The notes beneath the pieces were generated by a model. It had not been told where the DNA came from, did no database searches, and saw nothing but the letters and a program-made list of their open reading frames with translations. 64,000 nucleotides of DNA from Rotaria socialis (taxonomy: Eukaryota), in assembly GCA_905331295.1 (NCBI GenBank), contig CAJNYD010000438.1, positions 1 to 64,000 of the forward strand. Direction: 5' to 3'. The number at the start of each line of letters is the position of its first letter. Position 1 is the stretch's first letter. The translations under genes and the position numbers were made by a program. This document shows positions 52,401 to 64,000 of the stretch, piece after piece.

Positions 52401-55400
52401 ATATTGCTAAAAATCTCACTATCGGCTTTGTTCATATCATCGAAACCAACTCTATATCTATAGACTTTACTCTCTCACTAAAAGAATATATTCGACAGAC
52501 AATCTTGATATAAGAATCCAATCTAACTAAAAGTTACATTTGTCTCCTTTCAGCGGAAATATTGCACATGCAAATTTGAATTTTATGATATTGCTTTCTA
52601 TTCTATTAGATAAACAGTATATTGTAAGACGTTCAATTAATTTGATTAATGAGATAATAAATGTGGCAGTACAACTGGTGAATGTGCAACATATTAAACA
52701 CAGTATGTGTAAAATGAAAGAGATTCGTTATTTGCATGTGACCATTTCTTTTTCATTAGGTGAAATTGGTCCAAAACTTGAAACAATTGAAAATACAATG
52801 AAATTATCACCTATGATGGTGCAAGCATTATTAAATACAAAAAGTCCACTTCTTCAATTGCCACATATTACTGAAAATCATTTAAGATTTTTCGAAACAA
52901 AGAAGGTACGCAATTTTCATATTACAACATATGATTTTAGTAAGGTGCCGCTAAAGCAGAATTGGAGTAAATTTTGTTTCTCGCTTATTTATATATGGTT
53001 TGATAGAGCTTGAAAAGTTGATCAAGAATATGTACTTTTTATTTCGATTTCATCTTTTTTTGGCTGAGAAAATCTTCAAAAACAAGAACGACTGAAAAAA
53101 TGCTGTTTTTGTTAAATTTAAATTTTTTACAAAAACTACCAAATTTCTTTTTCAGTTATTTTCTGAGCATTTTTAAAGTACTACATTCTGAATCAGCATG
53201 AAAAACTGAGTAGGAAAATATTATTTGGTCAGATGTAGACATAAAAAAGAAAAAAAAAACTTGTCCCATATAAATAGCTCCATCACACGAAAAATACGTG
53301 TCAGTGGGCATTCTAGCTTGTCGCCGAGAGAATTGGCTTGACTAGTTCGGGAGAAAAATATCTATTTAAAAATAAAATTTGAAATAAAATGTACAACTGC
53401 ATTTTACAAGATTAAATATTGTTTTTCGAAAATATCATTAATTTCTCCGTTGGAATCGATATCTCTTTGATATATATGTATATATATATTTATGTATCAT
53501 TTTTACTCTCGCACATGTGAAAACGATTTAATTCTTTATATTACCGATGATGAATACCGATATATTTATAAGATTTTCAATTCTTTAACAAATAACAAAA
53601 AAATGACCGACTTCTGTTTTAATCCCAACCGAAGTGCGTTTAATATCTATGGTTGTAATCTATCTCATAATGCACTATGTAGTTAATTGTGTAGGACAAT
53701 TCTGTCGTTTTCTTCATGTACAGGATTAAAAATGTATGAAACTTGACGCTAGTTTTGCCACTTTTCAAATTAGCCTTGAATTTAATTTCATCGGATTATT
53801 GACTTATCTAAACAAACAAATGAAATATCGTGTACAAATAATCCGTAAAACCATTTGTTTATATTTTTTCTTTTTAGCGCACAATCAAGCATATTCGGCA
53901 ATTTGCCGCCATGGGTGATGAACAACGTCGTTCTATATTACGTAGTATTACCGATGAACAGTATTATGATATTATGAATGTTCTTGCCATCTATCCACAT
54001 GTAACAATGACTGTCTCATTCGGAGGTATTTTAATAATAACACACCCGTGAAGTTTGATATTTACAGTACACTGTGTAAAGTCAGTTTAATCAAGTAAAT
54101 AATTGTTAAAGTTGCGACTTGAATAAAGTCGGCGATCTTTTGAAATATTTATTTTGTCAATGAAACATCCTTGCCATTCATACATAAGCACGATATATTT
54201 TACCCTCAAGTTATTTTAGAATAGAAATCTCTCGACCAAAGCAAAATTTGCATATTTTTCTATGGGCAATTTCAGAAGATTTCAAGTCAGACAGTTGGTT
54301 GACGGCGGGTCCTTCTTCATATTTGATTATGTTTAAAGTATGGAAAACTAGAATCATACTGGAGTAGAATACGTTTCGCTTATGTACACATGAATGAGTA
54401 ATTAAAACACTGCATTGATGTCTTTTGTTGGACAAATAAGAAGTAAATATTTCAATAGATTCAGGACTCGGTTGGAAATTTCTCATTGTTATACTAATTT
54501 TACACGATGTACTTTATGTTAAACTTAATTCTTTATGCAAAAAAACAAAAGCTATATGAATGATAATTTTATTTGTTTTAGTCGCCAACGATGACGATGA
54601 ACATATAATAACAACAGGAGCTGTTGTAACATTAACCATGCGTTTGCATCGCCAAAATATGTCATCTTTATTTAGTAAAGAATTAGCTATAAATTCCTCT
54701 GCTCTTACTAATAATACACTCAATAGCGAAGGAAATGAAGAAGAAATTGGTGACAGAGAAAATCGAGACAAGGTTACAAAAATATTTCGTATATTTTTCT
54801 TTTTTATTCTCAATGAATTCCTTATTTTATGTTTAACAGACAAATGAAACATTAAAAGCATCGACTACCACGACTACTTCATCAAAAGGTTGGAATAATA
54901 AATCAGAAAAGAAAAAGAAAGCCAATAAAGACAAAGGCAAGAAGAAAGGACATCCGAAATCATCTACGAAAGCAATCAATAAGCAAACACCAACTAACAC
55001 GAATAATAATCAGAAAAAAACAATTAAAAATGATAACAAAGATTCCAGTGGTAAGTAGCTTATCATTTACATAAATAAATGCATAGAAAGTATAATTACT
55101 ACCAGTACTTCTTCTCTTATCTTGAGGCAATTTTATAGAAAACAGAAATTTATAAAAAAAAGAAAAAGATTGCTTTCGTGATTTATATCTTTTTCAAGAT
55201 TATATCTCATATTAAACCGATTTTTAGTCCACTATAGTAGTGAGCCTGCTGTCTTTTGTATCTACTAATGGAAATTTAATTAATGTCACATCGCTATACA
55301 TGGCACGTATGCGGCTCGTTATAAAAGGGATTGGTTTTTGACAAGCGATTTTCGCAGGTGCTTAATACTTTTTTTCCACATTCTAACTTCATGCTCTTTC

Positions 55401-56485
55401 AAAGAATAATCAAAGCACTATTCTCCTATTAGTCGCCTTTTTCTTCCTTTCAGAGTAATATATTCCGAAGGTGCACCATTTTTTCATGAATAACTAATCA
55501 CATTTGATTGATTATTGTTGTTCTTTCTAATTGCCAAAAACATATACTGTGTACTTGTACTTTTTCTCTCTCTGCCGTGTTTAGATGATGATTCATCCAA
55601 ACATTCCGATGGTAAGCATATGCATATTTAAAAAGACGCAATAGATTACAATCTATTGCATATTGTTTCCTCATCAGATTCACCTACAAATTCACGTCAA
55701 CGTCACGAACAAACAAGAGACGATCTAAATGAAACTGATAATGAATCTAATAATAATAATAATAATAATGATGATGATGATGATGATAATACTAATGAAA
55801 ATATTCCGAATAACTCAACACCTGAACAATCTGAATCAGTAATATCATCAAATAAGACCAAAACTCCGGATGATGATAAGGACGACGATGTATTTCTTGA
55901 AAGATTTCAACAACAACAACGGAAACGAGAAAAATTAGAAACAAAAGCTAAAATCAGTCATCGTGTTTTTTGTCCGTTTTATCCTGAAGTATGAGAGCTA
56001 TTATAATTTTTTCTTCTTCTTCTTAACTTGTTCTTTACATTTAAGATAAAACAAGAATGTTGGTGGTTGTATGTTGCCGATAGAAAGCAGCATGCATTAA
56101 TCAGTGTACCCATTTATTTATGTAATTTAAAGGATGATGATGAAGTAAATTGACAAATAATTTAATTTTGAAATTTAATTTTGAATTTCGAATAGATTGA
56201 AGTCAAATTTTCTGCACCAAAATTACGCGGCCATTACGTATATACAGTAATATTAAGATCTGATTCCTATTTTGATGCTGACGTAACGGAAAATTTTTCG
56301 GTAAATATTTAAAAAAAGAATGTTGTTCTCTATAGAATTCGTTTTGTTTTTAGTTTGATGTTCAAACAGCGAAGAAAGTCGCTGACAATCATCCACAATG
56401 GGATTTTAGTGAAGACGATGGTGCCACTAATAATAAAGCTGACGATGACGAATTTGCAACCGAAAGTGACAGTGATAAAGATTAG
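49456..56485 (+). CDS. SEC63: Translocation protein SEC63 (J-domain plus Sec63/Brl domain), multi-exon
   Basis: MAGMKFEYDENGGKFFYF, J-domain KHHPDRGGDPEKF..AKAYKTLTD..YGNPDGP, FGIALPKW, SPLLQLPH, VFCPFYPE.KQECWWLY, RSDSYF, acidic C-terminus. Confidence 0.95.
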
Positions 56486-57774
56486 ATAGTATTTAAAACA
56501 CCAAAGCTCAATGTGTTTTGTTATTTTTATTTATATTTGTATTTCTGTTGATGTCATTTGTCTGATTGAGTTTTGCTGATGTCGAATTTTTTTTATTCTT
56601 TGAAATACGCACAAACATAATTTTTCGAACATTTTTGCTTTTTCTTGTGATTATCAAATCAAATAAATATTTGTTTATTTTAGACAGATACGATGTATTA
56701 TGTATGTCGCATTGGCACGGACAACAAGGAGTCTCAAATTTAGCATTTATTCTAATGTAAAAAGGTTGGTGTAGAACTATGAAATAGGAATAAGAGAATA
56801 ATGACGTCGCTTAGTTTTTTTCAAGTTTCAAGATTATATTTTTACTATTTTAAAACTCAAGGGAACAATTCTTTTTTTTTTCATTAATGATTCAACATTG
56901 TGTTTCGATTTTGCGAAGTGCTTCTTGCTAGTTGTCAATCAACACACATAGTCTATTTTTTGTTGTTCTGTTCTTCCTCTATCTTTCAGCCTCCTGACAC
57001 ACATCTATTCCATTCATTCAATATACGTCCAGCACATATATCCTTGTGTGCTATTATTATTATAGCAGAAAACAGAATACACAGACAGAACGCACAAATA
57101 ATTGTTTTTCTTCTATTTTTTTGCTTATTCAGTTCCTATCGTGCAAGTCAAATCTTGAATAGGCGCTGACAAAATAGAATAATGACGATGGTATTAATGT
57201 AAAACAAGTATTGGATATGGTTTCGATGTAAGATATGTTTTTCGCTCAAGTGTTGACATAGATTCAATCATTTTTCTTTTTCTTTTTCTTCTTCTTTTTC
57301 GTCTCTATTTGAAATAATTATCCGTATTTATTATGTGTTGTTTGACGGATCGGGAAAAGGCAAGTTTTTTTTTATAGTTTATGCGTATTTATGTAACCTT
57401 TTCGGATTAAGAATCATTATGAATGAAAGAAAAAAAAATGAAATGCTTACTATTCTTCGAAAAAAAAACTTAAGGCATAAGATTGCACTTTCAATGAATC
57501 CTTTCGCCTAAACGATTTCTTTAAAGTCTCCGCTGTAATTGTCTGATCGCATGTTTACAGGAGTGCAGTAAAGTTATCATAAAAATCCGTCCTATTATTT
57601 CCTTATGATACAGAAGAACACAGCATGTTTGCATGCAAGCTAATTTATTTTTTTGTTGTTTTTTGCTTGTTTCAGGTTGATTTTGTAACGAAAATGATTG
57701 CATTTAAGACAAAGTATTGAAGACAGTAACAAAACGTTTCTTTTTTTATTTCGTTCCGTCCAATTTAATTTTTA

Positions 57775-60700
57775 ATGCATCAAAATAAAAGTCTCGTGAT
57801 TCTCATTCTCCTGTTGGGTTTACTTATCCATAAATATTATTGTAAAGAACAAACATATATCCATAATCAAGGAAAACCATTACGTTTTCATGTGGCGGAA
57901 TTTAATTTTGATCATGTATCAGATGTTTACGCTATTACTCTATGGATTCTACTTGGGTCATTAGCTAAAGTTGGTATGGTATTTTTGTTTTTAAACTATT
58001 AAATAAAATGCGTTACAAAATCTATTATTTACATGTTATTTTGTAGGTTTTCACTTATCATATCGTTTGACGGAAAAATTCCCTGAAAGCTGTCTTTTAA
58101 TTATGCTCGGTCTTATTGTCGGTGGTTTACTTTACATTACACATTTAGCAGAACAAAAGGCATATGTACTCAATAGTGATACATTTTTCTTATTTCTTTT
58201 ACCTGTAAGAATTTATTTTTGTTTTTATTTATTGCTATCATTAAGATTGAATTTGTTTTTCATATATAAGAATAGTTTTTTCTTTTTAAGGTATCTTCAC
58301 TAATGCGATATCTAATTAATAGTATTATCAATTTATATTATGAGTCTAGGATTTCATTAGCTTATCTATATCGAACATAGAAAGAGCTGGGTCAACATTT
58401 TCTTGTTCTGTTTACAAACAATAGTGTAGTTCAGGGCACTATGAAGAAGTTCACCTTCAATGTTATATTGTTTTTTCAGTCATGGAGCAAAAGGCTAAGT
58501 TGAGTATCTTGAGATCTTTCCGCCGGATAGCTTAAGCATAGCCTGCAATAACAAGCGAAGTGGTTGAGTTAATTTTAGAGACAGCAAAATAAAATCATAA
58601 TCATGTTTCTAATAGACTACACTTGTCATATCATAATGATATAGTTGTCATGGAAGCTCGTCTGCAATTATATTCTGAGACATAAATGTTTATTAGGTGA
58701 CTTGGTATCAGGCCGTCTAAGAAAACTTCCTTCCAACTATGGCAGGATACGTTAAGGTCGAGATCACGTAAAAGATTTGTCTATATGGGATCATGAATTT
58801 AAATTAGAATATTTCACAAATTTTGAATAATTGATTATAAGCGAAATTTAAAATATATCATACAATCATGTGTAATGATCTATAGTAGAGTTATAAAAAG
58901 AATTAAATAGAATAATCATAAATGATTTCTTTTTTTTTTCATTTCTTGACAATAAGTCCATCAAAACTACATCTAATTCACAATCATAAATGACCGGATA
59001 TCCTCCAGCTAAATATAAAAACATGCCCTTCCATTTTTACTTGGATAAGACAATTATCAGAACAATTGTCTGAGTCCATCTTCTTACAATTCATCAAAAC
59101 TCTGTTTTTTTTACTTGCAAAAACTAATCTATTTGTCGAATTCTTTAGCCTATAATTCTCGAAGCTGGTTATTTTATGCCAAATCGTCCTTTCTTTGACA
59201 ACTTGGGTACAATTCTTTTACTTGCTATTGTCAATACTCTATTTAATACAGTATGCATTGGTCTTACTATATATGGATTTGCACGTACACCAATTTTCGG
59301 TAACACACCATTTGACATGTTATCTTGCTTTGTGTTTGCTGCCCTTATATCAGCGGTTGATCCCGTAGCAGTACTAGCTACCTTCACTGAAATTCATGTT
59401 AATGACATGCTTTATATTGTCGTATTCGGAGAATCACTATTGAATGATGCTGTCTCAGTCGTTCTCTATCGTATGTTCGATTCATTTGCTAAAATTGGGC
59501 AAGAAAACCTAATACTAATGGACTATGTATTGGGTGCTTTATCATTTTTCGTTGTTTCTCTCGGCGGTGTTTTAATTGGAATTATATTTGGAGTTGTTGC
59601 ATGTTTTACAACTAAATTTACTGAACATACACCCGTTCTAGAACCACTTATCATTCTTGTTTATGCCTATTTGGCTTATCTTACATCTGAAATGGTTTCA
59701 GTTTCAGGCATTCTAGCGTATGTATTCTTCACCATTGATGTGCATGAAACTATTTTGCTACTTACTTTAGTATAACATTTTGTGGTATGGTCATGAAACA
59801 ATATGTTTCATTTAATATATCAAAAAAATCTGATGCGACAACTGAATATGTTCTTAAAATGTTATCAAGTATTATGGAAACAATTATTTTCATGTTTATG
59901 GGTTTATCAACAGTCAGTGATCATCATTCATGGAATACTGGTTTCGTTCTTATTACAATTCTTTCATGTCTTGTATTCCGAGTTATCGGTATGAGAAAAG
60001 AAAAATAATTTTCTTTTCTATTGTAAACAAATTTCTTTTCTAATTTTCATTCCTATAGGTATTGCCATATTTGCTAATTTAGCTAATTGTTGGCGTTTAC
60101 TTGAATTAACACGTATTGATATGTTAATTATGTCTTATGGTGGTTTACGTGGTGCGATTGCATTTTCGCTTGCTCTTATTCTTGATGAAACGAAAATACC
60201 GAGAAAAAAAGAATTTGTTACAGCAACTATTGCTGTTGTCTTTTTTACTGTTTTTGTTCAAGTAAAAAATTAATAATAATCAAATCTATTATTCTATTTC
60301 GCTAATTTTAGGGTATTACTATTGGTCCATTGGTTAAATGTCTCAATGTAAGACGAAAACAAATTGAAGAACCAACGATGTCAGCTAAATTAACAAATCG
60401 AGTAAAAACTAAACTATATATATATATAGTTATTTGTATTTTAATTGAACTGTTTTTTTTTACCTATAGATGATGGATCATGTAATGACTTGTCTCGAAG
60501 AAATATCTGGTAGTGGTGGAAGTAATTCATTACGTGATAAGTATGAAGAAATGAAAATATTTTCTTAATTATTTAATAAATAAAATAATTTTCTAGATGT
60601 CGAAATCTTGATCGAAATTATTTTAAACGTTGGCTACTACGTGAAACACCACAAGAAAAAATGGATATTAAATTATTACAAACATTTAAAAAAATAAATA

Positions 60701-62346
60701 TGCAATCGGCTATGAAAGTTCATGATACATCCAAAGGACTTGTACCAACACCATCATCAGCAGCTTTTCCTACATCCGCATCAGCAACTAATCTAAGACC
60801 TTCAAGCACATTTGCAAACTTTTCTCAATTATTAGCTGCCAAGTATATTGAATCTAGTGCGGGGAAAAAATCTTACTTATTTTATATTTTATTTTATAGT
60901 TTACCGGAACAAACTGTACCAGATTTAATGTTTTTTGAAAGTCAAGGGCCTGATCATTATCGTGATGATGCACAAATGCATCATTTTCTTGACACAAATC
61001 TATATCGTGCAAAACCAAGAGTAAGCGATTGGTTATTAGACATCTCATCGTTATCGTATGTTGAAATGTATCAATTCTAACCTTGTATGATAAAACGAGC
61101 AAATACTAAGACGAAAAGAAAAGAAACATAATTGTGTATGATTTGATTAAAAACATCTATAATTATTCTTAATAGTATAGAAATCATGAGTAAGTCTTCA
61201 GTCTAAATTAGTTTTGATCATCTAAAAATGAAAAATTCAATCTTAGTTTTCATCCAATCTGCGAGTTTATTCTATTCGATACGGGCAGATGAAATAATCT
61301 GGTAAAAAAAATTTAGCTTACACACAAGCAATGAACGTTGCACATACAAGTTGAGTTCCGTGATTTCTAATAGCTTCAAGTTGCTTTATTCTTAGTATAA
61401 AGATCAATTTTTATCATTAATAAAAATCATTTTCTTTTTCAGGCAGCTATTCATCTTCGAAGTCAAGATGAAACGGCTGAGACCAATAATGAAAGTCAGA
61501 ATCGTTTTGAAAAATCTTATCATCATCGCAATCATATATTCATACCATCAAGACATGATAAAGAGCAAACGCATGGACGTAAAACTGGTAAAACTGGAAG
61601 TGGTGCTACTCGCTCATCAGGCTCAAAATCTGCATCATCAACTCAGCCTTTTAATGATTCACAGGCAACTAAACATTCATTAATGTCTGCAATTACGAAA
61701 AAACAGAATTTAAAAGTTCCACCGACATTCACAAATTCTCATAAACAACAACAACAATCATCAAAACCAAGAAGCAGAAGTCCACCACTATCATCAGATC
61801 AGCCAATTAAATCATTACGTATGTTTATTAATATATTATTAAACAAGTGTAAATGTTTTTTTTTCCAGCTACAACCAATGATACTCATCCAGTGATTCCT
61901 CCTGTTTCAATAGTTATTGAAAATGAAGGTAATATTTCTCAAAAAATCAAGGAATTTGTTTAGTTTTGTTTTCAATAGAAGATGTTAAAACAATGGGTGG
62001 AGTTACAGCTGCTGAACATAGTTTTCCTTGGCGACGTTCATCGATACCCGATGGTGAACAAGCAGCACTATCAATACCTGCAGGTGATTCTGCAAATAAT
62101 GCTCAAACATTTTCAAATAGAAACGATCCTAGCCTTCATCCCGGCCCTTTGACGTCTGCCAATTTCAGCGGTGCATATAACAAATCACCTGAATATATGG
62201 GTGAATTTGCAACAACAACTAAACCCGAAGAGCATTTGTCACGACCACATATTCGCGATTTATTTAATAATCAATTAAGGCCTTCTGATGAAACACAAGA
62301 GAATAGTGCTGAGGCTGCGGCAAATGAGGGTGTAACTCGCTTGTGA
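57775..62346 (+). CDS. SLC9A: Plasma-membrane type Na+/H+ exchanger (SLC9A/NHE1-5 group), multi-exon
   Basis: FFLFLLP|PIILEAGYFMPNRPFFDNLG, ISAVDPVAVL, VFGESLLNDAVSVVLY, SYGGLRGAIAFSL, FTVFVQGITIGPLV, and a long cytosolic tail. Confidence 0.93.
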
Positions 62347-64000
62347 ACATTGTACTATTTTAACTTCGCTTTGCTTCTTATTTGAATATTTTATTCGTTT
62401 TTCTATATGTTATTAGACTGAAATAATGAATAACATACTAATATTAACAGAAAAAATATGGTTTATAGAGATTTTACTAACGACTAATCATAGTTAGGTT
62501 CTAGTTCATAGTATCTAGAAGAAGAAAATCAAGCAGCCAAAATGTTCGACGAACGTTTCAAACTCGTCAGTTGAATTCATTTGCCAAGCACTAGACTTAG
62601 TCTATGTGTGATAGCATCTAGAGTGTTTCTTTTTTTCTTTTTTGTGTGTTAACCTTGGCTAATCAGCACATCAGCAGTGTGATGCATTACTCTAGGATAT
62701 TCAATATATTAATCAACGATATTCATTAGGCTCTCTCAACGTGTCTTGTAAAATGTTAACGAGACAAAAAAACCACAAATAAAAAAAGAATATTGAAACT
62801 GACGAGTTGCTTTTAATCATTTTAAAATGCTAAATGCATTCCCGCCATTTTTCTATTTACGATGATCATTTTATTTTTATTTTGAAGAAGTGCGCTCAAA
62901 AATGGACGATAAAATGCTGCTTTTTCTAGCATTAACACTTCCATCAATCAATCATAGAGAAAAGAACCCTTGAGACGTTGTACTAGTCCAATAAGTCTTC
63001 TTCCAACTAATGAAATAGCAACCAAAATCATTGAATATAATTGACATCATTTTATTTAGATATTATTTAAAAAAAGCAAAATGCACATCTCTACAAAAAT
63101 TCAGGCAGAACGCGACATTTTTTTCAGTCGACGTTGATTACTAACTACTGTCAACTTAATTGGCATGAGAAATTCCATAACGAATTTGATACATAGGAAT
63201 ATTTTCTTTGTCAACAGACAAATAATTACTTTTCTTTGAACCGAAAATTTCGTAATTCACCTCGCATATTTTCGATAGTAAATATGCTTTTTCTTAAAAT
63301 CCCATTTACTAATTTTTCTAGTCTATTTGAAATTTTTCATCATTTGTGAGAGATTCTTTTCTAGTCTGTTCCAATAATGTTTCCATACTGCACGTTGACA
63401 TGCTATAGAACAATTGTTTCTATCAGATTCCTGTTAACAAATGAGATGGAAGCTTAGCAAAAAACTTATAAAAATAAAAAAACAGGTCACTCAAAAGCAA
63501 TATAGAACTTGTTTAAGTTTATTTGTAAAAACCACTACATGAAAAATGATGTGATGGTGCTTGATGCCCTTTGAATATAATTGTTTACGGAAAATATACA
63601 CTTCGCTTTTTTTCTGTTTCATGTATTCGCATGAATTTTTCTTTTTTTGCGCCATATATTCTCAAGTAAACTATATCTTATTTTTATTAAATATTATCAT
63701 CTTCTCTCAATGAGTTCTTTACGTTGGTACTCAATTTATTTTTCATGCAAGAATATAAGAAAAAGAGATGAATAGAGAAAAATACAACACTGACAGTTAT
63801 TATGAGTTTAATGCTGTTGCTAATTTAATTTGGCTGAGATTCTACTGGAATAGGCATACCCGATTGCACAGCTAAAAACATAATACAATATATATATATA
63901 TATATGTATGTATTGAAAATAATTCATAATTGTAAACCTCGAAATTGCATTTCTCTTGCTTCTTGGCAATTAGCACAGCCACTACAGCAACATGTAGCTA

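Noticed and set aside
52940..53760. Possible DNA element in a SEC63 intron (starts TAAGGTGCCGC)
   Set aside because: Paired TIRs and a TSD could not be established.

Overview
This is AT-rich eukaryotic genomic DNA with many short (about 50-70 nt) GT-AG introns. Composition, intron size and protein style suggest a bdelloid rotifer, which is an inference. The first ~16 kb is a nest of transposons: a degenerate intron-containing Sola2-like DDD transposon, a decayed two-ORF non-LTR retrotransposon (ORF1 plus APE endonuclease-RT) broken by at least five DNA-element insertions with further nested elements, and many MITEs whose TIRs and TSDs can be read directly. The rest is gene-rich: Pax3/7, an intronless permuted-papain (PPPDE/LRAT-like) gene, a quiver/Ly6-like gene, a fucosyltransferase-like gene, an SLC41 Mg2+ transporter, myosin VI, SEC63 and an NHE-type (SLC9A) exchanger. 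Scattered MITEs and a Penelope-like fragment lie among them. I found no clearly new multi-gene system. The best leads are the reconstructable nested-TE history, the intronless peptidase-like HGT candidate, and a long-TIR element carrying a GC-richer degenerate 21-nt repeat.
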